From Candidatus Latescibacterota bacterium (lineage in GTDB: Bacteria; Latescibacterota; UBA2968; UBA8231), in contig CBDCDC010000002.1 in assembly GCA_965215195.1 (NCBI GenBank), forward strand, positions 4,798,219-4,862,218: DNA of 64,000 nucleotides. Reading direction: 5' to 3'. The position numbers were made by a program, and so were the translations under genes. The number at the start of each line of letters is the position of its first letter. The first letter of the stretch is position 1. The notes under the pieces are model-generated. The model saw nothing but the letters and a program-made list of their open reading frames with translations, was not told the origin of the DNA and did no database searches. This document shows positions 46,022 through 57,646 of this stretch, in pieces.

Positions 46022-48682
46022 TCACAGGTAAATGGGATTGGGTTTTGCCGGATCGATTGCTAGGTCTTTCATGGCTTGGACGACGGCGTCGCATTCGATT
46101 TGCCCCTCGCGCGCCAGCGCGCTCAAGGCCCCTAGGGCGATGAAGCGGTAATCGACCTCAAAGTGATCGCGCAGGGCCTCGCGGCTCTCGCTGCGGCCAA
46201 AGCCATCGGTGCCGAGGCAGACGGGCGGGTTGGGAAACCAGCGGGCAATGGACTCCGGGAGGGCCTTGACGTAATCCGAGGCCATGACGTACACGCCGCG
46301 CTCCTCGGCTAGGCATTGTTCTATGTAGCTGAGACGGGGCTTTTCGCCGGGGTGCAGGCGGTTCCAGCGCTCGGCATCGAGCCCGTCGCGGTGTAGGGCC
46401 TTGTAGCTGGTGATGCTCCAGACATCCGCGCTGACTTGGTATTTTTCCTCGAGGATGCGCTGCGCTTTGAGGGCACTGTTGATGATGGCGCCGCTGCCGA
46501 AGAGGTGGGCCTTGAGCCGGGTGCGCTCCTCAGCCGAGGGCTTGAACTTGTACAGGCCCTTGAGAATGCCTTCTTCGACTCCGTCGGGCATGGCCGGCAT
46601 AGTATAGGGTTCGTTTTCGACCGTCAGGTAGTAGAATATGTCCTCCTGCTCGGCGTACATGCGGCGGATGCCCTCGCGGATGATGACGGCGATCTCGTAG
46701 CCAAAGGCCGGATCGTAGGCTTCGAGATTGGGCACTGGATAGGCCAAGAGGTGGCTGTGCCCGTCCTCGTGTTGCAGCCCCTCGCCGTTGAGCGTGGTGC
46801 GCCCAGCCGTGCCGCCGACCATGAAGCCCTTGACCCGCATGTCGCCGGCTAGCCAGACCAAATCGCCGATCCGCTGCATCCCGAACATTGAGTAGTAGAT
46901 GAAGAAGGGGATGGTATTGATGCCGTGGGTGGCATAGGCCGAGCCCGCGGCGATAAAGGAGGACATAGAGCCGGCCTCGGTGATACCCTCTTCGAGGATC
47001 TGGCCATCTTTGGCCTCTTTGTAGTAGGTGATGACCTCTTTGTCAACCGGCTCGTATAGCTGGCCTTGGCTCGAATAGATCCCGAACTGGCGGAAGAGCG
47101 GCTCCATGCCGAAGGTGCGCGATTCGTCGGGGACGATGGGGACGACTAACTTGCCGATTTGCTTGTCTTGCATGAGTTTGCGCATGATCGCGACAAAGGC
47201 CATGGTGGTGGCAAACTCGCGCTGGCCCGAGCTCTTTTTGAATTCTTCCCACAGTGCTTCCGGCGGCATGGCCAGCGGGGGGGCCATCACCTGCCGCTGG
47301 GGCACGTACCCGCCGAGGCTTTCCCGCCGCTGGCGAATGTACTGCATTTCCGGGCTGTCGTCCGCGGGCCGGTAGAAAGGTGCTGCCGCGACCTCGTCGT
47401 CCGAGATGGGAATGCCGAAGCGGGTGCGGAAAAGGCGGATTTCGTCCTCGTTGAGCTTTTTTTGCTGGTGGGTGATGTTTTTGCCCTCGCCGGCCTCGCC
47501 CATGCCATAGCCCTTGATGGTCTTGGCGAGGATGACGGTGGGTGCGCTCTGGTGGGCGATGGCTTGCTGGTAGGCCGCATAGACCTTTTCTGGATCGTGG
47601 CCGCCGCGCCGCATTTTCTGGAGTTGTTCGTCCGAGTAGTGCTCGACCATCGCGGCTAGCTGCGGGTCAGTGCCGAAGAAGTCGTGGCGGATGTAACTGC
47701 CATCGGAGACCGAGTACTTCTGGTACTGGCCATCGACGACCTCGTGCATGCGCTGGGCCAAGCGGCCCTCGGCGTCCTGTTCCAAGAGCGGATCCCAGTC
47801 GTCGCCCCAGATCACCTTGACGACGTTCCAGCCGGCGCCGCGGAAGACCGCTTCGAGCTCCTGTATTATTTTTCCATTGCCGCGCACCGGGCCGTCGAGG
47901 CGCTGTAGGTTGCAGTTGACGACCCAGATGAGGTTGTTGAGCTGTTCGCGCGCAGCGAGGGTGAGCGCGCCCAAGCTCTCGGGCTCGTCGCACTCGCCAT
48001 CGCCCAAAAAGGCCCACACCTTGCTGTCGTCAACGGGCTTGAGCCCGCGATTTTCGAGGTAGCGGTTGAAGCGGGCCTGATAGATCGAAAGGATTGGCCC
48101 CAGCCCCATGGACACAGTAGCGAACTGCCAAAAGTCCGGCATCAGCCAGGGGTGCGGATAGGAGGCGAGGCCGCCGCCTTGTTGCAACTCGCGGCGGAAA
48201 TTTTTCAACTGGTGCTCGCTGAGACGCCCCTCGAGAAAGGCGCGGGCGTACATGCCGGGGGCGGCGTGCCCTTGAAAGTATATTTGGTCGCCGGCATGGC
48301 CGTTGCTGGGGGCGCGGAAAAAGTGATTGTACCCGACCTCGTAGAGCGTGGCCGAAGAGGCGTAGGTCGAGATGTGGCCGCCGAGGTTGGCGTTGTCGCG
48401 ATTGGCGCGCACGACCATGGCCATGGCGTTCCAGCGCACGATGCTTTTGATCCGCCGCTCGACCTCGCGGCTGCCTGGATAGGGGGGCTGCTGGTCGCGG
48501 GCAATGGTGTTGATGTAGGGCGTATTGACGCTGAAGGGCGTACCGACGCCGGCTTCTGCGGCGTGGGTTTGGAGCTGCTGCAGGATATTGAGAACCTGCG
48601 CGGGCGTCCTATGGGCCAGCACGTAGTCGAGGGATTCGAGCCACTCGCTCATTTCGGCTTGTAGTTCACGGGCGTTGCTCAT
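46022..48682 (-). CDS. aceE: Pyruvate dehydrogenase E1, homodimeric type
   Basis: GGHISTYAS, SYPHPWLMP, GDGECDEPES, GEGLQH. Confidence 0.97.
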   Translation of the reverse strand: MSNARELQAEMSEWLESLDYVLAHRTPAQVLNILQQLQTHAAEAGVGTPFSVNTPYINTIARDQQPPYPGSREVERRIKSIVRWNAMAMVVRANRDNANLGGHISTYASSATLYEVGYNHFFRAPSNGHAGDQIYFQGHAAPGMYARAFLEGRLSEHQLKNFRRELQQGGGLASYPHPWLMPDFWQFATVSMGLGPILSIYQARFNRYLENRGLKPVDDSKVWAFLGDGECDEPESLGALTLAAREQLNNLIWVVNCNLQRLDGPVRGNGKIIQELEAVFRGAGWNVVKVIWGDDWDPLLEQDAEGRLAQRMHEVVDGQYQKYSVSDGSYIRHDFFGTDPQLAAMVEHYSDEQLQKMRRGGHDPEKVYAAYQQAIAHQSAPTVILAKTIKGYGMGEAGEGKNITHQQKKLNEDEIRLFRTRFGIPISDDEVAAAPFYRPADDSPEMQYIRQRRESLGGYVPQRQVMAPPLAMPPEALWEEFKKSSGQREFATTMAFVAIMRKLMQDKQIGKLVVPIVPDESRTFGMEPLFRQFGIYSSQGQLYEPVDKEVITYYKEAKDGQILEEGITEAGSMSSFIAAGSAYATHGINTIPFFIYYSMFGMQRIGDLVWLAGDMRVKGFMVGGTAGRTTLNGEGLQHEDGHSHLLAYPVPNLEAYDPAFGYEIAVIIREGIRRMYAEQEDIFYYLTVENEPYTMPAMPDGVEEGILKGLYKFKPSAEERTRLKAHLFGSGAIINSALKAQRILEEKYQVSADVWSITSYKALHRDGLDAERWNRLHPGEKPRLSYIEQCLAEERGVYVMASDYVKALPESIARWFPNPPVCLGTDGFGRSESREALRDHFEVDYRFIALGALSALAREGQIECDAVVQAMKDLAIDPAKPNPIYL

Positions 48683-48824
48683 AGCTGAAACAATTCCTTT
48701 GCGTAAGCCGTTTTATAGGTTGAAAAAAGATAATAAGCACGTGTTTTCTTGGCAAAAAACCGTTTTGTTACAATCATTTATAGATTGCCACACGCGCTGA
48801 GCGGCGCAGAAAGAGAGGCTCCCA

Positions 48825-50579
48825 GTGCATAGACACAAAACTGCCTATATCTGTTTGCTGGCGTCGCTGCTTTTGCATCTCACCGCGCTTTACCTAGGGG
48901 ATTACCTGTGGCGCGACGAGCTGGACGCGGAGACCTTTCGCGTGCGTCTCGCCCGCATCCCGCCGCAGTTCAAGCCCCGCCGCCTGAGTCCCCTGCCCCG
49001 CTTAGACCTAGAGGCGTTGAACGTGGAGATGGAGTATCTGCGGGCCGACCAGCCGGCTGTGGATGTCCGCGACCCCAATCTAGAGAGCGAGGCGATTCCA
49101 CCCGCGATAGAGGCCCCGACGGCCCCCTTGGCCCTGCGCGAGACAGCCAGCGGTGCAAAGGAAGATGCGCCAATTTTGGAGCGCGAAAAGATGATCTCGC
49201 CCTCGTCGTTGGGCTTGGCCGATAGCGTGGGCATTGCCTCCATGGATCTCTTGCGGCTGGAGGACATGGCCCGCGCCAACAAGGACCACGCCGCCGTCAT
49301 CCCCAGTCGGGCGACTCGCCGCGACTTGGCCGGCTACGTGAACTTCACCCAGTTGCGCGTCTATGGGGCCGGCTCGGGGCGCGGTGCGCTCGACGCCCTG
49401 AGCCGCTACCTGCGCGACCACACCCACCTGCTGGCGCGGGTGCGGGACAAGACCTACGAGTACTTCCTGTCCGAGCAACTGCTCAAAGACCCCGTTCACT
49501 TCCTCTTCCAAGACACTTTGTCTGCCTACGACGAGAGCGTCCTGACCAAGTTTAGCCCGGAGGAGAAGGCGCTGTTGGGCCGCTATCTGCGCGCGGGCGG
49601 CTTCCTGTTTATCGAGGGCGGCAACCGCTATTTGCGCGAAATGACCGAGCACCTGCGCGATATCTTGGGGTCTGAGGTGCGCTTTGCGCCCATCCCAACT
49701 TCGCATCCGATATATCACTCCTTTTACGAGTTCGGCGGCGGCTTCCCCGGAGAGGACAAATCGCGCATCGTGGACGTGGGGGACAACCGCTCTTGGTATT
49801 ATCCAATCAACAATCGAGACGATCTTTTGGCCTTGCAGCAAGCACAAGCAGCCACTTTCTCCGGGGCTAGCGCTGGGGGCGAGGGGTTGCCGCCGCCAGA
49901 GGGGCTGTGGGGAGTCGAGATGGACGGCGAACTGGTGGCCGTGCTCAGCGACTTGATGTTGGGGGGGATTTGGCTGGGCAGCTTCAACACTGAAGAAGAA
50001 AACACACAGCCGACGACGTACGCGCTGATGGCCGGGACCAACATCTTGGTGTATGCCCTGACGCGCAAAAGTGGCATGACGCCCCAGTTGCCGCCGCCCG
50101 CTTGGATGCCGGGTCAAAGGCCCGTGGCCGCCCTGCAAGAGCCACCGCTAGCCGAGCTAGTCGGCGACGAGGAAGCCCTGTTCGACGATCTAGACGCTTG
50201 GCTGGCCTTGGTGTTGGCTCCTATCGGCAGCGAGATCACAGAGGATCTCACGGTGCGCTTGGACGGCCGCTACTCGCTCGAATTGCTCAAGCGCGGCTAT
50301 CAGGGGCTGCTCTTCCACAATCTGCCCGCCGGCGCACACTGGGTCGAGTTGAACTATGGAGGGCAGACCCAACAGCTAGAGGTCGATCTGAAGGGGGGCG
50401 AGGTCACCACGCTGACGTTCGCGCTCAATCGCTTTGCCTTTGTGGTGCGGCTGCGGATGCAGGAGCAGGAGGGGCGGGCCGATTGGCAGCGCTGGTCTGC
50501 GGCCTTTGCCGACTTGGAGGTCGAGGAGATTTACTTGGCCGCAGACCGCGAGTGGTTGGAAGGCGGAGACGCTCCCTAA
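48825..50579 (+). CDS. DUF4159-like domain protein
   Basis: N-terminal TM SLLLH; YL-AGGFLFIE, HPIYHSFY, GTNILVYALT. Confidence 0.6.
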   Translation: MHRHKTAYICLLASLLLHLTALYLGDYLWRDELDAETFRVRLARIPPQFKPRRLSPLPRLDLEALNVEMEYLRADQPAVDVRDPNLESEAIPPAIEAPTAPLALRETASGAKEDAPILEREKMISPSSLGLADSVGIASMDLLRLEDMARANKDHAAVIPSRATRRDLAGYVNFTQLRVYGAGSGRGALDALSRYLRDHTHLLARVRDKTYEYFLSEQLLKDPVHFLFQDTLSAYDESVLTKFSPEEKALLGRYLRAGGFLFIEGGNRYLREMTEHLRDILGSEVRFAPIPTSHPIYHSFYEFGGGFPGEDKSRIVDVGDNRSWYYPINNRDDLLALQQAQAATFSGASAGGEGLPPPEGLWGVEMDGELVAVLSDLMLGGIWLGSFNTEEENTQPTTYALMAGTNILVYALTRKSGMTPQLPPPAWMPGQRPVAALQEPPLAELVGDEEALFDDLDAWLALVLAPIGSEITEDLTVRLDGRYSLELLKRGYQGLLFHNLPAGAHWVELNYGGQTQQLEVDLKGGEVTTLTFALNRFAFVVRLRMQEQEGRADWQRWSAAFADLEVEEIYLAADREWLEGGDAP

Positions 50580-50583
50580 AGCC

Positions 50584-52112
50584 CTACTTATACCGCTTCA
50601 TCTGACCGCTTTGCAGCCGGCCCCAGTACTCTTGTAGGCACGCCTTGATCTGCGGGCTGAGGATGACGCCGCCGATGATGTTGGGGAAGGCCATGCCCAA
50701 AATCATCATGTCGGAAAAGCCGAGCACGTTGTTGAGGGCGGTGACCGATCCGACGAAGACAAAGCAGACGAAAATGACGCGAAAGACAATGGTCGTCCGG
50801 GTGCCAAAGAGGTATTCCCAAGCGCGCTCGCCGTAATACGACCAAGAGATCATGGTCGAGTAGGCAAAGAGCATGACCGCCAGGGCGAGGACGTAGCGCG
50901 AGCCGGGAATAAAGGACTCAAAGGCCGCGGCCGTCATTTTGACGCCGACGATAGAACCTTCGCTGGCTTGGAATTGGGGATCGGCATAGACGCCGGTAAT
51001 CATGCAGACCAGACCCGTCATCAAGCATATAATAATGGTATCTATGAACGGGCCGAGTCATGGCCACCATGCCCTCGCGGGCCGGCTCGTCGGTCCTTGG
51101 CGGCGGCGTGGGCAAAAGCGGCCGAGCCAAGCCCGGCTTCATTGGAGAAGGCGGCGCGTCTGACGCCCATGACCAAGACGTACAAAAAGCCGCCGCCCAC
51201 GGCTTGGGGCGAAAATGCCTGATCGATAATGTTGAAAATCATGGCCGGCACGTCGGTGATATGGGAGAGAATGATCAGTATGCAGGTTGCGACGTAGAGC
51301 AAGCACATGAAGGGCACGATGCGCGAGGTCACCCGGCCAATGCGGCGAATGCCACCGATGATGACCACGGCCACGAAATGCGGCGAAGAGAATCCCCATC
51401 AGCCAGTTGTACTCTTGGAAAAAGGGCGAGACCGTGCCGAGAATTTCCAAGGTCTGGTTGGCTTGGAACATATTGCCCCCGCCCAAGCTGCCGCCGACGG
51501 TGAGCACGGCAAAGAAGACGGCTAGGGTGCGGCCAAATTCCTTCAGTCCCTTGGCTTCGAGGCCGCGTTCGAGATAGTACATCGGGCCGCCGGAGACGCG
51601 GCCATCGGGGTGAATTTTGCGGTGCATGACGGCGAGGGTACACGAAGCTAACTTGGAAGCCATGCCGAAAAAGGCCGCAATGAATCATCCAGAAGATCGC
51701 CCCAGGCCCGCCGAGGCTTCACGGCAATGGCCACGCCGGCGATATTGCCCAGCCCAACGGTAGCCGAAAGGGCGCTGGTAAGGGCTTGGAAGTGGGAGAC
51801 CTCCCCGGGATCGTCTGGGTTGTCGTAGTGCCCGCGGATGACGTCGATGGAGTGCCGGAGGCCGCGCAGGCTGATCCAGCCAAAGAAGAAGCTGTAGTAA
51901 ATGCCGCCGGCGAGCAGAATGGCGACGATGGGGACGCCAGCGACGCCGGTGCCAAGTTCGGCAAACAGGACGAGGGCGAGGACTTCGACAATGGCCCCAA
52001 ACGCAGCATCCAAACCGGCGATGTGGTCTTGGATCCAGCTTTGTTCGGCGTCTTGAGCTAGGGTGGGAATGGCAAGGGCGAGCGTAAGCACTAGAATATA
52101 AAGTAAGCGCAT
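50584..52112 (-). CDS. Alanine/glycine:cation symporter (frameshifted in this assembly)
   Basis: Consecutive fragments SHFQAL...GLGNIAGVA, GGPMYY, RAAFSNEAGLGSA, FAYSTMISWSYYG lie in different frames. Confidence 0.85.
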
Positions 52113-52133
52113 GGAAAATTTCCTCTCCAAAGA

Positions 52134-53035
52134 TCAGTGATTCTGCTCGTTATCGCGGAGCAGTTTATCTAGTTGAGCGCGTTTTTCCGGGGCCATGTGC
52201 GCTGCGTTTTCGGCCGTGGGGAAGCGGCCTTCGGCGACTTCGCGGCAATACGTTCTGAACATTTCGATCCAGTCTCGGCGCGCTTGGCCGTAGGCTTTGG
52301 TCAGGATCAGGTCTTCCGAGTTGAGGCCGACGAGGTCGTGGACGATCAGCACTTGGCCGTCGCAATAGCGGCCGGCGCCGATGCCGACGACCGGAATTTT
52401 TGAGCCGCTCGGCAACAGCTCCGGGCCGCTTCTTCGGTGACTAGTTCGAGGACTAGGGCACACGCGCCGGCATCCTCCAAGCACCGGGCTTGCTCGAACG
52501 AGGGCTTTGGCCCCCTTCGGCCCCTTGCCGTGAAATTTGGGCACAGTGCCGCGCCGGTCGCTGAACAAGTAGAATTCGCGGGCCTGGGACTGCGGGGTAA
52601 ATCCGAGGTGGCCGACGACCGGAATGCCGGCTTCGACGATGGCTTTTAGCTGGGGCAAGACCGGCAGGCCGCCCTCTAATTTGACGCCTTCGGCCCCGCC
52701 TTCCTGCACCAAGCGCCCGGCGTTTTTGGACCGCGGTCGCAACCGACGGCTGAAAGGACATGAAGGGCAGGTCGGCGAGGAGAAAGGCCCGGCGCACCGC
52801 CCGGCGCACCGCCCGCAGGTGGTGGAGGATGTCGTCCATGGTCACCTGCTGGGGGCCGCGATAGCCCAAGACGTTGGGTCCCTACCGAGTCGCCGACCAA
52901 GATCACGTCGAGGCCAGCTTCGTCCTGCAGCGCGGCCGTGGGGTAGTCGTAGGCCGTCAACATGCAGATCTTCTGGCCCCGCTCCTTTTTGGACTGGAGC
53001 GAAGAAACAGTGATTTTATTGGTCGTCGGCACCAT
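52134..53035 (-). CDS. panB: 3-methyl-2-oxobutanoate hydroxymethyltransferase (frameshifted)
   Basis: [33 protein letters not shown] and GIGAG..CDGQVL across frames. Confidence 0.9.
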
Positions 53036-53146
53036 GGCAGCGGAAGGACAAGTTCAAGGCGATAGTATAGAGCGGCGTACCTTGTGGGGCAAGCCTGTAG
53101 GCGGCTTACCTTGCCCGTGTGAATCATTTGCCACAGCTTCACCTTT

Positions 53147-54313
53147 ATGCAGGCGAAATTCGATTTTATTCGCGCCGAATTGGCGCGGCGGCAGCAGGCC
53201 GGGCAGATGCGGTCTTTGCGCACCTATGAGCCGTGCGGCAACGCGCGAGTTCGCGCCCATGGCCGCACCTTGGTCAATTTTAGCTCCAACGACTATCTCG
53301 GCTTGGCCTCGCACCCGCTCTTGCAGGCGCGGGCCATTGAATTCGTCGAGCGCTACGGGGCTGGCGCCACGGCCGCGCGCTTGGTTTGCGGCTCTCAGCC
53401 GGGCTTTGCACAAGTGGAGCAGACCTTGGCTAGGCTCAAGCAGGCCGCGCGGGCACTGGTGCTCAATTCCGGCTATCAGGCCAATGTGTCGCTGCTGCCG
53501 ACGCTGGTCGATCGGCGCGCCCTCATCCTGCTCGACCGGCTCTGCCACAATAGCTGGGTCCAAGGGGCGCTCTTGGGGCGCTGTCGGATGCGGCGCTACC
53601 GCCACGGCGACTTGGATCACCTGCGCACCCTGCTGGCGGAAAGCACCGGGGCCGCGCACTCGCGTCGGGTGATTGTCACCGAATCGGTGTTTAGCATGGA
53701 CGGCGACGTCAGCGACATCGACGCGCTCGTGGAGTTGGCCGGGGAATTCGACGCGCTACTGGCCATCGACGAAGCGCACGCCACGGGCGTTTTGGGCGAG
53801 CGGGGGATGGGGCTAACGTGCGGCAAGGCCGTGGACGTCTGCGTCGGCACGTTTGGCAAGGCCCTCGGGTCCTTTGGGGCGTACGTGGCCTGCGGCGAGG
53901 ATCTGTGGGAATACTTGGTCAATTGCTGCGCGGGGTTCATTTATACGACCGCGCTTCCGCCAGCCGTCTTGGGCGCGGTGGATGCGGCGCTAGAGCTGGT
54001 GCCGCAAATGGACGCCCAGCGCCGAGCGCTGCTCGCCCATGCCGCATACTTGCGCGGCGCACTCCGGGCGCAAGGCTGGGACACCGGCGCGGCGACCGCG
54101 CAAATCGTGCCGCTGATGGTGGGCGCAGAGGGCGAAGTGCTGGCCCTGAACGCCTATCTAGAGGAAAACGGCGTTCTAGCCGCGGCCATTCGCCCGCCCG
54201 CGGTTGAGCCGGGCCGGGCGCGGATTCGCTTGGCGCTCAGCGCCCGGCACCAGCACAGCGACCTCGACATGCTGATCGAACTGCTACGGCGGTGGCGCGA
54301 TGGCCGGCGTTGA
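53147..54313 (+). CDS. bioF: 8-amino-7-oxononanoate synthase
   Basis: FSSNDYLGL, SGYQAN, ESVFSMDGD, DEAHA, GTFGKA. Confidence 0.93.
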   Translation: MQAKFDFIRAELARRQQAGQMRSLRTYEPCGNARVRAHGRTLVNFSSNDYLGLASHPLLQARAIEFVERYGAGATAARLVCGSQPGFAQVEQTLARLKQAARALVLNSGYQANVSLLPTLVDRRALILLDRLCHNSWVQGALLGRCRMRRYRHGDLDHLRTLLAESTGAAHSRRVIVTESVFSMDGDVSDIDALVELAGEFDALLAIDEAHATGVLGERGMGLTCGKAVDVCVGTFGKALGSFGAYVACGEDLWEYLVNCCAGFIYTTALPPAVLGAVDAALELVPQMDAQRRALLAHAAYLRGALRAQGWDTGAATAQIVPLMVGAEGEVLALNAYLEENGVLAAAIRPPAVEPGRARIRLALSARHQHSDLDMLIELLRRWRDGRR

Positions 54314-54963
54314 CGTGGTGGCCCAACACGGGTGGGGCTTTGGCGCTTGGTGCTGGGACCGCTGGCGCGACGCCTTGCCCGCCGGCTTTGCCCTGCACTG
54401 CCCAGATCGAGGGTATTTTGGCCCAGCCGTGGCGGTCGCGGCCCGGCCGCGCATCGTCTTGGCGCACTCCCTTGGCTTGCACTTGTTGTCATCGCAGCTG
54501 TGTGCGACGGCCGAATTGATCGTGGTCATCAGCGGATTTCGCAGCTTTCACGCCTCGTGCGCCCGCCAGGCCCGGCGCTCGCGCCGCACAGTAGAGCAAA
54601 TGCTCGTGCGCTTGGAGCGCGAACCAGCGGCCTTGTTGGCCGATTTTTTACGCCCGTTGTGGCGCACCGCCAGACAGGTGCTGGCCTAGGGCCGTTGACG
54701 TGGGCGGCCTGCGCCGCGATTTGCAACTGTTGCAAGAGAGTGCGCTGGAACTATCCGCGATTCCGGTCGCCGCACAGGTGCTCATTTTGCACGGCAGCCG
54801 CGACCGGGTGGTGCCCGTGGAGCGGGCCGAGGAGCTGGGCGAGATGCTGCCCAACAGCGCGCTGGCCATCGTCGCCGAGGCAGGCCACGCCCTGCCCCTG
54901 ACGCATCCCTATGCGTGTTGGGAGCGGGTTGAACGGGCTTGGCGCGGGATGCGGCCTGTATGA
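54300..54963 (+). CDS. Alpha/beta hydrolase, BioH-like (frameshifted)
   Basis: HGWG, HSLG nucleophile, HG-RDRVVP, GHALP; lies between bioF and bioC. Confidence 0.75.
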
Positions 54964-55766
54964 CGGAAGCGAGTTTCAAAGCGCGCGTCGTCGAGAATTT
55001 TTCCCGCAGCGCCTCAACGTACGACCGCCACGCCGAGGCGCAGTGCGCTAGTGCCGCCACTTTGGCCCAATGCGCGGCCGAGTGCGCCGGAAATTTAGTA
55101 GAAGGCCCGGTGCTCGAAATCGGGTGCGGCACGGGCTTTTTGAGCGCGTCCTTGGCCGCGCTCTTCCCCGAGCGGCGTTTGGAGTTGACCGACCTTGCGC
55201 CGGCCATGGTCGCGCATTGTCGGCAAAAAATGGCCGCCGAGGCCGCCCATCCACACATCTGCTACCGGGTCTTGGACGGGGAGCAGCTAGCAAGCGCGGG
55301 ATGCTACGCCTTGATCTGCGCCAGCTTTGTGGTTCACTGGTTCGCCGATTTGCGCGCCGGGCTACAGCAGCTACTGGCCGCGCTCAAACCCGGCGGGCAA
55401 TTGCTCTGCTCCTATCCGGGGGCGGGTTCATACGCCGAATGGCAGCGCCAATGTGTGCGCCAAGGCGTCCCCTACAGCGCCAATGCCTTGCCCGACTTAG
55501 CGTCCGTGGCCCGCGCATTCGCCGCCCAGCCGGTCGCAGTGCGCCAATGGGAACAGGTGCTCGCGCTGCGCTTTCCAACCGCGTGCGCCTTTTTGCGCCA
55601 CCTCAAGCGCACGGGTGCCCACACGCCGACGCGGCTTTTTGCCCTCGGCCCAGCGCAATTGCGCCGGCTCTTGCGCGGCTGGGACCGCGACTGCCCCAAC
55701 GGCGTGGAGATTACATGCGTTGTTCATTACTTAGTTGTCGAGAAAGCGGGAGGCCGTGGCGGCTGA
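54960..55766 (+). CDS. bioC: Malonyl-ACP O-methyltransferase
   Basis: FSRSA-TYD-HA..Q, LEIGCGTG, HW; context. Confidence 0.85.
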   Translation: MTEASFKARVVENFSRSASTYDRHAEAQCASAATLAQCAAECAGNLVEGPVLEIGCGTGFLSASLAALFPERRLELTDLAPAMVAHCRQKMAAEAAHPHICYRVLDGEQLASAGCYALICASFVVHWFADLRAGLQQLLAALKPGGQLLCSYPGAGSYAEWQRQCVRQGVPYSANALPDLASVARAFAAQPVAVRQWEQVLALRFPTACAFLRHLKRTGAHTPTRLFALGPAQLRRLLRGWDRDCPNGVEITCVVHYLVVEKAGGRGG

Positions 55767-56379
55767 ACTTCCCTCGCGCTTGTTTGTCACCGGTACGGAT
55801 ACGGGCGTTGGCAAGTCCTATGTCGCGGCCCTGCTGGCCGCCGGGCTGGAGGCTGCCTATTGGAAGCCCGTGCAAAGCGGGGCCGATGCAGACGCCGATT
55901 GGGTGCGGCGCGTCGCCGGCCTGCCGGCCGAGCGCGTCCTGCCGGAGACCTACCGCTTGTGCGCACCCCTGTCGCCGCACGAGGCGGCCCGACGCGAGGG
56001 GGTGCAGATCGAGATGAGCCGCTTCGCGCTGCCCCAGCGGAAGCGCTTGATCGTCGAAGGGGCCGGCGGGGTTATGGTCCCGCTCAACGGCCGGCACCTG
56101 ATGGTCGATCTGATGGTTGCTCTGGCCCTGCCGGTGCTGGTAGTGGCGCGCAGCGAATTGGGCACCATCAATCACACCCTATTGACGCTGGACCAATTGC
56201 GCCGCCGCGATTGCCCGCTCTTGGGCGTAGTGGTCAATGGCCCCCCCAACCCAGCCAACTGCCGAGCTATTGCCCACTACGGGGAGGTGCCGGTGCTGGC
56301 CGCAATCGACCGCCGGGTAGAGCTGTCGCCGGCCAAGGTCCGGGCACTCTTTGCCCGCTATTTTGGCGGCCGTGGCTGA
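55756..56379 (+). CDS. bioD: Dethiobiotin synthase
   Basis: FVTGTDTGVGKS, YWKPVQSG, VEGAGG, LGTINHT. Confidence 0.93.
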   Translation: MAAELPSRLFVTGTDTGVGKSYVAALLAAGLEAAYWKPVQSGADADADWVRRVAGLPAERVLPETYRLCAPLSPHEAARREGVQIEMSRFALPQRKRLIVEGAGGVMVPLNGRHLMVDLMVALALPVLVVARSELGTINHTLLTLDQLRRRDCPLLGVVVNGPPNPANCRAIAHYGEVPVLAAIDRRVELSPAKVRALFARYFGGRG

Positions 56380-57646
56380 GCGCGTTGCTTCCCACGTGTG
56401 GTCGCCTTTTACCCAAATGAAGGCGACGCGGGCGGTGCAGCAGGTGCGCGCGGGGTCGCGGGGCCGTGCTGGAGCTGGAGGATGGGCGGCAGATACTCGA
56501 CTGCATTTCGAGCTGGTGGGTGACCTTGCACGGCCACGGCCAGCCCGAAATCGCCGCGGCCTTGGCCGAGCAGGCCAAAGAGCTGGAACAGGTAATAGCG
56601 GCCGGGTTTACCCATCGCCCGGCCGAAGAGCTGGCCCGGCGGCTGGTGGAGGCCTTGCCGGCGCCGCTAAAGTGGGTGTTCTACTCGGACGACGGCTCAA
56701 CGGCCGTGGAAGTGGCGCTCAAGCTGGCCTATCAGTTTTGGCGCAACAAGGGCGAGTGCAATCGCACGCGCTTTCTGCGCTTGGAAGGGGCCTATCACGG
56801 CGATACGTTCGGGGCGATGTCGGTGGGGGAACGCTCGCTTTTTACGCGCCCTTTTGCCGACTTGCTCTTTCCGACCGACGCCGTGCCCTTTCCGGCCACT
56901 TGGGAGGGCGATGGGGAGGTAGAGGCCAAAGAGGGCGGCGGGCACTTGCGCGACTGGAGGAACTGTTGGCACGCCGTCCTGGCCAGTACGCGGCCATGAT
57001 ACTCGAGCCGCTGGTGCAGGGCGCTGGGGGCATGCGAATGTGCCGCCCGCACTTTCTCGCGGCCGTGCAGGCGCTTTTGCGCCAATGCGACGTGTTGGCC
57101 ATCTACGACGAGGTTGCTGACCGGGTTTGGGCGCACTGGGGCGCTCTTCGCCTGTGAGAAAGCCGCGACCCAACCCGATATCATCTGCTTGGCCAAGGGA
57201 CTGACCGGCGGCTTTTTGCCCATGGCAGCCACTGTTTGCAGCGAGCGGGTTTTCTCGGCCTTCTATTGCGACGACCCGGCTAAAGCCTTCTATCACGGGC
57301 ACTCCTATACGGCCAATCCTCTGGGTGTGCGCGGCTGCGCTGGCTTCGCTGGATCTGCTCGCTGACAAGCCCTTCCGCCGCCTAGCGGCTTGGCAGCGCG
57401 AGGGAAGCGGTGCGCCTGCGCGGGCACCAGCGACTCCGGCGGGTGCGAGTGTGCGGTACGATTGTGGCGGCGGACGTGGTAGCCGAGGGCGAGGTGGGGC
57501 CGCTGCTGAGGGAGCGATTTTTGGCGCGGGGATTCATGCTGCGGCCGCTGGGCAATAGCGTGTACGTGCTGCCGCCCTACTGCATTGAGCGGCCTCAGCT
57601 AGCCTCGATCTACGACTGCTTCTGCGAGCTGATCGACGCGCTCTGA
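56372..57646 (+). CDS. bioA: Adenosylmethionine-8-amino-7-oxononanoate transaminase (frameshifted)
   Basis: [45 protein letters not shown] across frames. Confidence 0.9.
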